Shown here: positions 41,001 through 53,900 of the stretch, piece by piece
How the letters are laid out: every line of letters begins with the position of its first letter
Position numbering within the stretch: the stretch's first letter is position 1
Source: Paraphysomonas bandaiensis
Taxonomy: Eukaryota > Protista > Chrysophyceae
Direction of reading: 5' to 3'
Length of the DNA stretch: 64,000 bases
Assembly (NCBI GenBank): GCA_965644295.1
Contig: CBFFRP010000405.1
Coordinates: forward strand, 142,741-206,740
Notes under the pieces: generated by a model
Told to the model about the DNA's origin: nothing
What the model saw: only the letters and a program-made list of their open reading frames with translations
Database searches by the model: none
Translations under genes and position numbers: made by a program

Positions 41001-44000
41001 ATGGATCTTGCTCATTCTGCTGCTGTGATTCTTGATCGGCATAACCTCATCCGTTATGACAGAAAGTCAGGGATGTTCCAAGTAACAGCACTGGGCCGTG
41101 TAGCTAGTCACTATTATGTCAGTCACGACAGCATCAACGTGTTCAACGAGTACTTAAAGCCCACTATGAGCGACATTGAAATATTCCGCTTGTTTAGTCT
41201 TTCTGGTGAATTCAAATATATTCATGTGCGTGAGGAAGAGAAGCTGGAACTGACAAAGTTACTAACTCGAGTACCAATTCCCGTGAAAGAAGGTGTCGAG
41301 GAACCAGCTGCTAAAGTTAATGTCCTCCTGCAATCTTATGTATCCCGCCTTCGTCTAGAGGTATGTAGGAAATCTGCTTAATTGAGTAATGCTCAATATT
41401 TTTTCAGGGATTCGCACTAGTTGCAGATATGACATATATTCAGCAATCTGCATGCCGTCTAATGCGATGCCTTTTTGAGGTAGCGCTCAAACGTGGATGG
41501 GCTTCACTGGCGAACAAGACACTAGCGATTTGCAAAATGGTTGAGCGTCGGACGTGGGGCTCACAATCCCCACTCAGACAGTTTGGTGCTATTCCCGAAG
41601 TAATCATTCGCAAATTGGAGAAGAACAGTGATATTAATTGGGAGCGGTATTATGATCTCAAACCTCAGGATCTCGGTGAAATGGTAAAGATCCCTAAGAT
41701 GGGGAAGACTCTGCATAAATACGTACATATGTTCCCAAAACTAGAGTTGAGTGCACACTTCCAGCCTATCACTCGGTCACTACTTATGGTGGACTTAACT
41801 ATCACTCCTGACTTTCAGTTTGATACTTCAGTAAGATACAATTTCGAATTTTTGTGGTTTAATATATATCTATAGGTGCACGACTATTCGCAGCTCTTTT
41901 GGGTCATTGTGGAAGATGTGAATGGGGAAAGGATCCTCCACCACGAGGCCTTCATTCTCCGAAAGAACTATGCTTCGGAAGAACACCATATTAGTTTCTC
42001 TGTAACTCTGTCGGATCCACTTCCACCCCAATACTTCATCCGAGTTGTGTCTGATCGTTGGATGCATGCGGAGACTATCTTGCCTGTTTCCTTTAGACAT
42101 ATTCTGTTGCCGCATAAATACCCACCTCCTACTGAACTCCTGGATTTGCAGCCTCTTCCTGTATCAGCGTTGCGCAATTCTCGTCATGAGAATTTATTTC
42201 GCAGCACTTTCAAGCACTTTAACCCCATTCAAACCCAAACGTTTTCGGCTCTCTATGAAGGTGACGACAACGCCCTAGTATGCGCCCCTACAGGCTCGGG
42301 AAAGACCATATGTGCGGAGTTTGCAATGCTCCGACTGTTTTCTGCCAATTCTGATGCTCGCTGCGTGTATGTTACTCCTAAACAGGTTTGTATGACTTGT
42401 GCTAGTTGTACTGTTTTTGACTTGTCTTGCCACTGCAGGAGACCTGTGACCTAATGTATGAACACTGGCGTGGGCGATTCCAGAAAAATCTGAACCTATC
42501 TGTGGTGAAGTTGGTCGGTGATATAACACCGGATCTAAAGCTTCTGGAGTCGGGAAATATTATTATAGCTACTGCTGTTCAGTGGGACGTTCTTAGCCGA
42601 CGTTGGAAGCAAAGAAAAATTATTCAGAATATCGCCCTCTACATTTTTGATGAAGTTCATCTCATTGGAGGCGCCGATGGTGCCACTCTTGAAATTGTTG
42701 CTTCACGCGCACGATACGTTGCCTCTCAGCTTGGAAACAAAGTCCGTGTTGTGTTACTTGGCTCATCCATCGCAAATGCGAAAGATATTGCTGATTGGAT
42801 GGGTGTTCCTAATCATGCTATGTATAACTTCCCTCCTTCAGTTCGACCAGTTCCTCTGGAGATTCACATGCATGGATTCGAGACGAATCACTTTGGGAAT
42901 CGTCTATTGGCAATGGCAAAGCCCACTTATACAGCTATAATCGGACACTCCCCGGACAAACCTGCTATTGTGTTTGTTCCCTCTCGCAAACAGTGTCAAT
43001 TGACTGCGATTGATATCATTACCTACGCCGCTGCGGGGGGTACCACAGATCGATTTCTTCACACTGCGCCGGAGAATATCGCGGAGGTTCTTGCAACATT
43101 CAAAGAGCCAGCTCTAGCACAAACCGTTGCCCATGGTGTCGGCTTTGTTCACATGGGTCTCTTGCGCAGTGACAAAAACCGTGTTCTAGGTCTATATAGA
43201 GACGGTATTATCCAAGTCCTTGTATGTCCTTTTGACATGTGTTGGTCCCTCTCTATTCCTGCACACCTCGTGGTAGTGATGGAAACCACTTACTACGACG
43301 GAAGAGAACACAGTTTCGTCAACTATAGCATCACGGATGTTATGCAAATGCTGGGATTGGCCAGTCGTCCCCTCACTGATGACACTGGGAAGGCGGTTAT
43401 TTTGTGTCATTCTCCCAAGAAAGACTACCTGAAGCGCTTAGTGAACGACCCTCTACCGGTGGAATCTCATATCGATCAATTCCTTCATGACCATTTGACT
43501 GCTGAAATTGTCACGAAGACAATAGAGAACAAGCAAGATGCTGTTGACTACTTGACGTGGACTTTCTACTATCGTCGCCTCACGCAGAATCCGAACTACT
43601 ATAATCTACAAGGAACTAGTCACCGTCATCTTTCTGATCATCTCTCTGAATTGATCGAGGTTACCATCGCGGATCTTGAGCAGTCCAAGTGCATTTCTGT
43701 GGAGGATGACATCGATCTTTCCCCTCTTAATCTGGGTATGATTGCTAGTTATTACTACATTCAGTACACAACAGTGGAGTTGTTTGCCTCCAGTATCACT
43801 GCTAAGAGTAAAATCAAAGGTCTCATGGAAATTCTGTCGTCAGCATCGGAATATTCATCTCTAAATATTCGGCAGTCGGAGGAGACGGTGCTGGCTAAAC
43901 TCGCGAAGCATCTTCCTCAGGCCCTCCCAGCGACTGCAGCATACGAAAATCCTTCCACAAAGGCTTTGCTGCTGATGCAGGCTCACTTCTGTCGGCGTCT

Positions 44001-44856
44001 TCTAGGTGTGGACCTCACATCAGACCAGAAGATTGTCCTTGCCAAGGCGCCAAAGTTGATCCAATCCCTTGTTGACGTGATATCTTCTCAGAGCTGGTTG
44101 CGTCCCGCCCTTGCCTCCATGGAGCTCTCCCAGATGATTGTGCAGGGGCAGTGGGACAAAGATTCCGTCTTGCTTCAGGTCCCACATTTTACGGATGAAA
44201 TTATAGCAAGGTGCAAGCAAAACAACCCGCCTGTTGAGAGTGTGTTTGACGTCCTGGATCTCGAAGATGAAGAGCGAAACAAGCTACTGCAACTAACACC
44301 AGAGAAAATGTCCGACGTAGCGGTATTCTGTAATGCCTACCCCAATATTGAGTTGTTATATGATGTGAGTGTTCATGAAGGTGAAGAGGTATGTGTGAGG
44401 TATTGTTATTATATTTCTACCGTCTCATATACATTGGTGGATAATGGCAGGTGGAAGCAGGCGATACAGTTACAGTTATGGTTACTCTTCAGCGAGAAAT
44501 TGAGGAGGAGGATGAAGTTGACCCCACCAGCATCGGTAAAGTCGTATGTCCTCGCTACCCGACAGAAAAGGTGGAGGGATGGTGGTTGGTGGTCGGAGAT
44601 ACCAATTCGAATTCGCTCCTCTCTATCAAGCGATTAAATATTGGTGTGCGCAGTAAGGTATTTTTACAACTCAATGCACTGTAAAGTTACTAATTCTTCT
44701 TCATAGGCGAAGCTTGAGTTTTCCGCTCCTGATGACCCTGGGGACTACAACCTTACGTTGTATCTCATGAGCGACAGCTACCTTGGCTGTGATCAGGAGT
44801 ACGAAATACCCTTGACTGTTGTTGCTGGTGATGAAGATATGGATGATGAGGAATAG
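38055..44856 (+). CDS. SNRNP200: U5 snRNP 200 kDa helicase Brr2 (two Ski2-like helicase/Sec63 cassettes), 6 exons
   Basis: [12 protein letters not shown]-terminus; [24 protein letters not shown]; second cassette [13 protein letters not shown]; C-terminal [11 protein letters not shown]. Short introns near 41361, 41831, 42386, 44389 and 44658. Confidence 0.97.
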
Positions 44857-45249
44857 TTTGATTATATGATTTGAAAGTGAAGTGGCTTTCGAAAGTACTT
44901 TGCATTTTTCCACGCAGTAGCAGTATGTTGTCATGAACACCAGTATAGTATACTCATAGTTTACAGCGGGTGTGCTGGGATTTTTCCGCACTATGTAGTT
45001 GATATGTGAGTTAGAGCTGTAATTTCATAATGTTGTGTTTATCCCACACACTTTTGCGGTTCTGTTTAAGCGATATGCGGAGATCACAACTAGCTGGTGA
45101 TAAATAATGCCATCATACTTAATATGGTGACATATAGTACTTACATATGCAGCAATGTGCAAATTTAATGAAAGATGGTTTATAACAGCCTCTTGTAATG
45201 ATGTGTGGGTCTGTTTCTAACATAGCTGTGATCGTAAAGGGGTCTCCCG

Positions 45250-45712
45250 CCCTCAACAAAGTCGGACTCGCACCTTTTCGTGGTGTTCTGGGGGATAAGT
45301 ACCGGAGAGATTCTCTCTGGGAAACTAACGTGAGCCGCAAACATAGTCAGCAGATATTCTTCTGCCCAATCATAGCCGAATGCTTGTGTGGTACAAGGGA
45401 CACCAATAAGTGTCACTTGTGTAAACGTCTTTGGGTCCTGATGAATAAACAGGCATGGACAGGGCCCACCTGAAGGGTAACCGGGGTATTGGGCTGCCTG
45501 CTGAAGTCAAGCATCCGGGCTGTTCACCTTAAGAACACAGAGCGGAAGTGGGCGACGCACAAGCAGCTTCCGTAGCGTTAAATAGTAGGATAAAGAAAGT
45601 GTGTACTGATTAGTTACAGGTAGAGGTCTAACTAGTTTGTCTATCATTCATCTATAGCTACTGAGTTGGTGCAGGTTTTTAACGCCTATTGCTAATAATA
45701 AGACTTTCAATA
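45250..45712 (+). repeat. Dispersed repeat family X, full-length copy C with a candidate 15-bp TSD
   Basis: Flanked by TAAAGGGGTCTCCCG (45235-45249) and TAAAAGGGTCTCCCG (45711-45725). Homologous to copies B, D, E and F. Confidence 0.88.
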
Positions 45713-46495
45713 AAAGGGTCTCCCGAGGCTATACATTCTCCTTTTTTGGAATGTTTAAGTGCATCATGTCAGGGTGCCGGATGAAGGGGCCATCTGAACC
45801 GACGAGCAGTTCTTCGATGGATCGGGGGTCGATGTGATCGACCACGTGTAGGATCCAGATAAAGGTGCGTCCCCCGTCCTCGAGGTCATTTAGCCATTGA
45901 TTGTGTCTTCGGAGACTCCAAGTCTCGTCCATGATAATTAGAGGAGATTGGGTGCGATGGAGTCGGAATGAGGTGGCTGCGCTAGTAGTATTTCACAATC
46001 ATATGAATGGAAATTTTGAGTGTATATGTATTAAGATGTTTTGACATGTGCGCTTTAATTGTTGTGGCTACGTGATTAACCTGCACCACACTACGCCAAT
46101 TCGAATTTGGATAAGGAGATGATTTTTGAACAATTCGGAGAGTTCAGCTAACTCAGCAGGAATTATGTGTGCCGTCACTCTCAATGTCTATAATTCACAA
46201 AGAAACCTTGCGAAGAATACATCAGATTGATAAATAATAAAATTCTGACACAGTGTGTAGTATTGTGCCACCAACCACGGAGGAACTACCTACAGTATAC
46301 GACTATGACAAGAAGTACAACCCGCTTGAGATAAAAAGGCAAACCAGTTGACATATAAGTATTGTCAATATCAATATATAGTCCGTTTAATATTTATGAC
46401 TGCTCATATAGTACTCTATACCCTATTTGATAAATACGATAGTGCAAGGTACAAGATTGCTTTGAATAGAGTTTCACATGTGCATCAGTAGGAGG

Positions 46496-47135
46496 TAGTG
46501 AATGTCTTATCGTTAGCAATAGGTGTTGAAGAGACAGCGCTTAACTCTGATATCCTACTATTTAACGCTACGAAAGCTGCTAGTACGTCACCGTCCTAGC
46601 ACAACCACTGTCACTCTACCGCCCAAAGCAAACGCAGTGAGCGAGCAGAATGTTGATATACCTGACATCTGCTGACATCTCCTTATGGTGAACAGCCTGG
46701 ATGCTTGACTTCAGCAGGCAGCCCAATACCCCGGTTACCCTTCAGGTGGGCCCTGTCCCGGATGTCTGTTTATTCATCAAGGCTCAAAGACGTCTACACA
46801 AGTGACACTTATTAGTGTCCCTTGTACCACACAAGCATTTGACTATACGTGGGCAGAAGAATATCTGCTGACTATATATGCGACTGAGGATAGTTTCTCT
46901 TATCCCCCAGAACACCACGAAAAGGTGCGAGTTCAACTTTGCTGAGGGTATGTTGGGCTGTCTACAGAAGTGAAGCATCCGGGCTGTTCACCTTAAGGAC
47001 AGAGAGCGAAAGTGGTTGCACCTTAGTGCTTGCGGTGACCCACAAGCAGCTCTCGTAGCGCCAAATAGTAGAATATCAGTCATGCCTCTTACTCTGACTC
47101 TTACACGCCTATTGTAAATAATCAGACATTCACTA
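46496..47135. repeat. Dispersed repeat family X: full reverse copy D1 (46496-46948) fused to truncated forward copy D2 (46949-47135)
   Basis: D1 is the reverse complement of copy C. D2 repeats AAGCATCCGGGCTGTTCACCTTAAG...GCCTATTGTAAATAATCAGACATTCACTA in forward orientation. Confidence 0.85.
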
Positions 47136-47640
47136 CTGAGGGTCAGTTTCACTTACTTAGTTCATAACTTTTTATTAGATTCATATAATAGTGTTTTCAA
47201 CAGCTGTAAATTTCCACGTATATAATTTAAAACACTTAAGATACGGTTCTTAATTGCTTGCTATCAACATTTGACATAGTTGGCTGGTGAAATAACTTGA
47301 GTAACCAAACTTGAACTCACACAGTAATCAAGTAGTAAAGTTATATAGTGAGCATCTCACATCATTCAACTCAGCATACAAACTATTTCTATATCGCTCC
47401 CACTTTACGTAGAACGTTACATAAACTAATTTGTACCAATGTGGTTTTCACTCTGGTTTCGCAGTTCCCGACAGATAATATTTGTGCATCGTCAAATAGC
47501 ATTTTAGGTATTTACAATCTATTTCAACAATACGCAGAAGGGACACAGCTTGATCGACACACAACAACCATAAGACAATAACCCTAGTGTCCACATTTAT
47601 CCACATATATGCACGCACAGTGGGGCACGACATTAACAAA

Positions 47641-49281
47641 CTAATTACGAAACTTCAAGGGACGATCACTCAATGACTCAAGCTGCAAGAGCACTTTGTC
47701 TGGTATGTGGTTTTGCTGTATAGTTACTGCTTGAAGAATAGTGTTCGAGATGGCTATATCTCGAAGCAATTCAAGCACCTCAATTCCTATGCCATTCCAG
47801 TCAAGATGTATGGTAGTCATATGTGAATGGTTTGGAAGGGCAGTTAGAATGTATCCTGCGTCGTCAGTTTTAAGTGAATTCCACGAGAGGTCCAAGAACT
47901 CTAAGTGAATGTACTCATCCCCAAGCAGCTCCGCAGCCGCCCTTGCCGTAAACATACCACAATTGTTCCCTCTTAGAGACAAGTGACGAATGCACTGACT
48001 GTGCGATATAATCGCACGGAGAAGTCTAGATGTGAGGTTGTCTCCGACACCATTGTCATTGAGGGATACCTTTACGAGACGGAGATAACTGCGCTCCGTG
48101 GGAGCTGCCGTAGTGATGTTCGAATCGCTGCCACCACTAAGACAGTGCAAAGGAGGAAGCCTACTCGAACTAAGAGTTGTCACGGTCTGACTAGTAACGG
48201 CAGTAGTCGTGGCAGAACTAGAGTCATCAGATCCCTTGATTCCAGCAATTAGTGCTAGCATGCCTTGCTTACCAATACGATTATTATCGAGTACAATGCT
48301 CTCCACATTCGACCTAGCAATACCACGAATAATAGTCCTTGCGCCTTTTTGATCGAGACGGTTACCAGTTAAGTTAACTTCTTTAAGGAACCACATGCTA
48401 GGGATTGATTCGGCGAGAGCAGAGCAGAAACGCTCACCTATTGACTGGTCCGTGAGATCAAGGACCGGATAAGCGTCATCGTAGCACTTCGCCAGGAGAG
48501 GTATGGGAGGAAGCTTATCCTTACGACAGGCGCGTATATAAGCTATTCGTGGGGTGAGTACAGGAGAAGGGGGAGATTTAGGACGAGAGCCTGCTACGTG
48601 CGAAGCGGTTGAATGTACTCCAGATGATTTGACAGGTAGTTTGGACATTGCAGTCCTCGTTTTAATCGGTGACAAAGCACTGCTCTCATCTGGTGCCAGT
48701 CGGAAGAGTGAAAACAGCCCATTTCGAGCATCTGTCCCAGAGTACTTGGCCTTCTCCTGAAGTAGTGGGTCTCTTATACTACGCTGGGGGACGTACTGGC
48801 GCTTTTCCGTCTCCATCTTTCCTTCTGTGACCAACAGACGAAACAAATTACGGTCACATAATTCTCGCCATGTTTTCTTTTCTCTACCGACATCAGACTG
48901 AACCAATGCAGACATTGACTGAGGAAAAACTTCCACTACTTTAAATAGGAGTAACGGACCCGTCTGAACACGTACTTGCTCGAATACATCTCCCACTAAC
49001 ACATCGAATACTGTATAATCGCCCATTGACGAGCGCTTTCTAGTCAATTTTCGCTGAAGCTTTGGGTAAGACTTATTGACACCCGCATACTGACCTTCTT
49101 GAGAAATGTTCGTGAGTTTACTGTTGGCAGTGTGTCTGATGCTCTCCAGCGATAGAGTGGCATCAAAAAAACCTGCATTGGCCCAGTTCTTAGACACCAC
49201 ATTGATGGAGGGCCTCGCATTGGAGCTATCCATATTAAGAGCACCGGCTTTGATGCGGCGTTTCCTTTCAATCATGCTCAT
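47641..49281 (-). CDS. RNI-like leucine-rich repeat protein (single ORF, 546 aa)
   Basis: Repeats LKEVNLTGNRLD, ESIVLDNNRIG, KVSLNDNGVG, RHLSLRGNNCG, EFLDLSWNSL, TIHLDWNGIG. Confidence 0.85.
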   Translation of the reverse strand: MSMIERKRRIKAGALNMDSSNARPSINVVSKNWANAGFFDATLSLESIRHTANSKLTNISQEGQYAGVNKSYPKLQRKLTRKRSSMGDYTVFDVLVGDVFEQVRVQTGPLLLFKVVEVFPQSMSALVQSDVGREKKTWRELCDRNLFRLLVTEGKMETEKRQYVPQRSIRDPLLQEKAKYSGTDARNGLFSLFRLAPDESSALSPIKTRTAMSKLPVKSSGVHSTASHVAGSRPKSPPSPVLTPRIAYIRACRKDKLPPIPLLAKCYDDAYPVLDLTDQSIGERFCSALAESIPSMWFLKEVNLTGNRLDQKGARTIIRGIARSNVESIVLDNNRIGKQGMLALIAGIKGSDDSSSATTTAVTSQTVTTLSSSRLPPLHCLSGGSDSNITTAAPTERSYLRLVKVSLNDNGVGDNLTSRLLRAIISHSQCIRHLSLRGNNCGMFTARAAAELLGDEYIHLEFLDLSWNSLKTDDAGYILTALPNHSHMTTIHLDWNGIGIEVLELLRDIAISNTILQAVTIQQNHIPDKVLLQLESLSDRPLKFRN

Positions 49282-49624
49282 TGATGTGTCAGATAGCGAT
49301 CAGTGCCAGTGAGACGACAGCCCCTCTATGCATCTATATATCTGCTACTTGCTTTTACCTTATCAACAGACAGACACCTTGAAAGAGAGAGGACATGACC
49401 CTCACACTAAGGTCGATGTAGGGCATGAAGATTAGTATAATAACCCAGACAGGCAGGAGAGAGCAGACTGCTGTAGGCTGCAGGCATATAACAAGCACAT
49501 GAGATCACTGCACAGTAACAGTCCACTACAGTGCAGTCCCCGCCCTGATGATACCCTGACACATAATACTACAGAATACAGCTGTATACCTGACATACGT
49601 AAAAAGACAGGGGTGTGCAACCGC

Positions 49625-49631
49625 AAAAAAA
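49625..49631 (-). terminator. Pol III oligo-T terminator of tRNA-Asn
   Basis: T7 run a few nt after the tRNA 3' end on the minus strand. Confidence 0.8.
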
Positions 49632-49636
49632 GGAAG

Positions 49637-49710
49637 CGCTCACAGGAGGGCTCGAACCTCCGACCTTTCGGTTAACAGCCGAATGCTCTAGCCAACTGAG
49701 CTATGCGAGC
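49637..49710 (-). tRNA. trnN-GTT: tRNA-Asn (anticodon GTT)
   Basis: GCTCGCATAGCTCAGTTGGCTAGAGCATTCGGCT-GTT-AACCGAAAGGTCGGAGGTTCGAGCCCTCCTGTGAGCG folds as a cloverleaf with A and B boxes. Confidence 0.97.
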
Positions 49711-49933
49711 TACTTGTTGACAAGACATGAAATTTATTGATATATAAAATAAATAAGAATATGTAGAAGTGTTTGTTCTTATGGTGCTGTGGTGATGGAT
49801 GTGTGTGTTGTGTGGGGGTTGTTTGTTGGTGCACGAGTGCAGTGCACACAACTCCTGCCTGCTTCTATCCCATTCGACTATCTGATTCATTTCCACACAT
49901 TCCACTCATAAGTTAGAGCACTGTATCAAATAT

Positions 49934-50534
49934 ATGGCCCGCTGTGTTGCTGTTATTACTGGTGATGGGATCACTGGCTCGTTGAGCCTCTATCAGGTCA
50001 GATACTACTCTATATTCAGCCGGGATTCTAAATGTTCAGCAGGCCCAGGAAGAAGCCCCTACTTCTATTGAAGGAACCATCAAAGGACTTATGCCGGTAT
50101 GTACTCAGGGTTTTACTTAATTTATTTAATTCAGGCCAGGGTAAACATGGAATGCACGTGCATGTGTTTGGAGACTTCTCCGAAGGCTTTCTCTCCGCTG
50201 GCGGAATATTTAACCCATTCGGAAGAAATCACGGAGCTCCCGATGACGAAGAACGAATGGTCGGCGATTTAGGTATCAATATTATATTGCGTACTTCATG
50301 TGCTTAACTCGGTTTATGATAGGAAATATTGAGGCAGATGACGACGGATGCGCTAATGTTGCAATTGAAGACAGACAAGTTAAGTTGATTGGCCCTCACT
50401 CCATCATCGGACGATCTATCGTAGTAAAGTCAAATCCCGACGATATGGGCCGTGGTGGAAATGAGTTATCTCTTAGTACAGGTAACTCTGGACAACGCCT
50501 TGCCGGTGGTGTTGTCGGTATTGCTTCATCCTAG
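49934..50534 (+). CDS. Cu/Zn superoxide dismutase-fold protein with degenerate metal site (4 exons)
   Basis: Spliced product [153 protein letters not shown] is colinear with SOD1. Confidence 0.9.
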
Positions 50535-50804
50535 GTATTTTAGTTCCTCTTCGATACAGTGTTGCGAATTCCCAACTATTATTAAGTAACTGAAAGGCAC
50601 TAGCTGTTTTGTGGCATTATTCTTATTTGAAAGTTTTAAGGGTGTGTACCAATGAAGTCTACGTAGGTATTTTTATAGCCAGACCTTTCTTTGGTGCCGC
50701 GTAGTTGCGTTGTATTTTAGTTGGTGGGCTTGGCGGCCAAGACATCTATACGCCCGATAGAATACAAAATATATATTGATAGTGACTTATGCGTAATGAT
50801 CCTG

Positions 50805-50991
50805 TATTGAAATAGGCGTTAAAAATCTGCGCCAGCTTAGTAGCTAGATGGTCAAACATCAAACTAGTCAAGCTAGATAAGCATCTACCATTTACTAACT
50901 AGAGTAAACAGTAAACTCTTGTATCCTTCTAGCTTCTAGTTAACGCTACAAGAACTGTTTGTGTGCCGCCGCAAGCACCAAGGTGCGACCA
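50805..50991 (-). repeat. Dispersed repeat family X, copy F (target of the Copia insertion; continues at about 56289-56300)
   Basis: AATAGGCGTTAAAAATCTGC...TAACGCTACAAGAACTGTTTGTGTG..GCAAGCACCAAGGTGCGACCA is reverse-homologous to copies C and E. Confidence 0.8.
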
Positions 50992-53900
50992 TAACAGAAG
51001 TTGACATTATTTGCTAAGGTTTACTATTCTCAACTGATAAGATGAAATTATAAACATTACATGATAAAGAACCTAAGTTGTGTTCGATGTGTTCAACACC
51101 ATTCATTTACTACTATAGTGTACAAACCACACACTCAGTGATCGTATCCTGTATAGTCATCCACTTCTACTTCAGTTTCATACTACACAATATAATGTAC
51201 TAATTACATATATATCTTTCGATCCTTGCATCTCACATAATACTGCACTCAATTGCAAGTATATAGAATCTTCAGATCTCAACACTCCCCCTCAATTGAG
51301 TGTTGTACTATGACGCCTCCCAGCTATTGAATGCCTGAGATAAAAAATTCTTGACAGTAAAATAGACTCATCTCTAAGTCTAAACCTCTGTCTAAAAAAC
51401 TCAGTACCTACTTGCGCCTTCTTTTATCCCTTGGTCCCTCATTAATCACTTCAGTGGAACTCTTAGCTTTCTCTCCAAGATTTCTCTTTCTCTGCTCCAT
51501 ATATGATAAACCAACCAATGACTTTGTATAAATATCTGCTGCTTGTTGCGATGTATGCACATGCACTAACTTAATCGTATTGAACTGATTGGGATCCACG
51601 TGCTCTCTCACCATGTGATACTTAATCTCAATGTGCTTCGACTTCTTGTGAAACACTGGGTTTTCGGCCAAATCCTGGGCACTCTGACTGTCGATGAAGA
51701 ATGGTGTGGGTTTGATGAGCCTCAACTTAATCTCACCCGTCACCCCCCGAACCCATAGCACTTCTTGGAGACCCGAGTAAATACACTGATACTCAGACTG
51801 CATGCTTGACGTTGCCACTGTCGTCTGCAGTTTGGACTGCCAGACTATAGGCCCTCCCGCTGCAAACCCAACGTACCCCGACGTGGACTTCCTGGAGAGC
51901 TGGTCTCCCGCCCAATCCGCGTCAGTAAACATATGGAAGTCGAACCGTCTACTCCCATATTGAATCCCTTTGTCAATAGAACCACGAATATATTGCCATA
52001 CGTGTGTTAATAGCTTGCATACTTCAATATTCACCTTATTACTGACCCGAGACAGTACTCCCACTGCATAGGCAATATCCGGCCTCGTGTTCATCGAGAG
52101 ATATAGTAATGCACCTATCAGCGGCCGATATGGGAAGTTATCTACTATAAGCTGTTCCTCCTCGGTATGCTCATGCCGTGCCCCTTGTGCCACTAAATCC
52201 ATTGCTTCCGCCGGTAGAGGACTCTTCCGTACCTTTCGCGGTGACCCAAGATACTTTTCAAACTTTTCTAAGATCTTAGCCGCATATACTGATTGGTCAA
52301 GACGAATATACTCTGGCGTTCTTGTGACTCGAACATTCAGAAAATGTTCCATCTCGCCCATATCCTTCATATCAAACCGGGCACACAGTTGAGCTTTAAT
52401 ATCCTTCACTATGTTGACATCACGACCTAACACTAGGATATCATCCACATATATCGTTAATAATATCAATTCATCGCCCTTATACTGATAATACAAACAT
52501 GGGTCTAATACACATGGTTTAAAATGCATAGATCGTATGAATTTATCCAATGTTTTCCACCACGACCGCGGGGAACTCCGAAGCCCGTATAACGACTTCT
52601 TCAACTTAAAGCAGTACCCCTCAGGCAGCTGAAAGTCCGGAGTTGCCTTCATATATACATCCCCCTCTATATCTGCATATAGAAATGCGTTAGACACATC
52701 CAGTTGATGAATTACCATGTTCATCACGAAAGCTATGGCGATTAACAGTCGCACTGTTACCCCCTTAACAACGGGTGCGAAATGGTTCGCCCAACCACTC
52801 GACTGCTGTCCACAACCGATTGCTACAAGACGAGCCTTATATCGGCGGACCTCTCCCTCCTTATCGTACTTCTTTCCATAGACGTACTTGGAGTGCAGTG
52901 GGACGACTCCGTCCGGTATACGAGTCACCTCCATGGTATCTCGCTTCGCCAAACCCTCTCGCTCTACACGGCGAGCTCGTCTCCACTCCCTGTGCTCGGC
53001 ACTCTCCAAGGACTCACGATGTGTCTGAGGCACTGTCGACTCTTCCGCTGACATCCACACTGAGTCTGCCTCCTGTAAAAGGTCACTCACATCACTCTCA
53101 TCACTCAAATGATGGATTTGTCCTAACACCGACACATTCGTTACCGTCCTTGGAGTTCTTGCGCGTTTGCCGTGCGGATGATTCTCGGCAGGGGTCCCTT
53201 CCCCCGAAGGTAATGCTGAGTCAGCCTGGGGCTGCACCTGCCCACTTTCCGACTGCTGTGGCACCACTCCGCTGATACCGCCGTCACGGTTGTCAGTAAC
53301 TCTGGCCCTAACCACCCTCTGCGCAAGATCCTCTGTCATCTTCTTGATGTCAGCAATATGAATAGGAGTTTTATCCTCCACTTGAACCTGGTTACCAGTA
53401 ACCAACGACCGGTATCCCACAATAAGTCCCTTCCTTATCACCACTCTGTTAGTCTTGTATAGCAGACCACCATCCTCATGGTGCTTTCCGATAAGATACT
53501 CAAACTCACCCGGTTGACGAGCCTCGGGATCTATAGCCACTTGAGCCTCCTCCAGCTCTCTATAATAATCCTGAGACCTCTCAGGTACCGATTCATCAAA
53601 TAATACATGTACAGAGTGTACTACGGTGTCCCCCACTAGCACCTTGTATCCTTTTCGATCAGCTGGATACCCTATGAAATAACCTGTCATTGCTTTGTCC
53701 TCCCAGTCCTTCCTCCTGTCGGCCTTGGGTGTTAGCACATATGCTTTGCACCCCCATTTCCGTAGCCACGATAGGCTGGGAACGCTCCCCCCTGGGACAC
53801 ACTCATATGGAGACATCCATCCTTGCCACGTCCGAGTTGGCATTCGTCGCACAATGTAACATGCAGTTTGATAAGCATCAAACCAGAACGACTTTGGAAG

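Noticed and set aside
45198-45473. Cys-rich ORF (CLCGTRDTNKCHLC) shared with 46784-46978, as a protein or Penelope GIY-YIG tail
   Set aside because: The similarity follows from DNA-level repeat homology. Copy B has indels here, and spacing to the expected downstream motifs does not fit.
45430-45480. Hammerhead ribozyme core (CTGATGA) in repeat X
   Set aside because: No correctly placed GAAA, and the other copies read TTGACGA or TTGATGA, so the core is not conserved.
45729-45932. 67-aa ORF between the inverted repeat copies as cargo of a composite element
   Set aside because: Short with no motif, and copy C has its own flanking duplication, which points to independent insertions rather than a composite unit.
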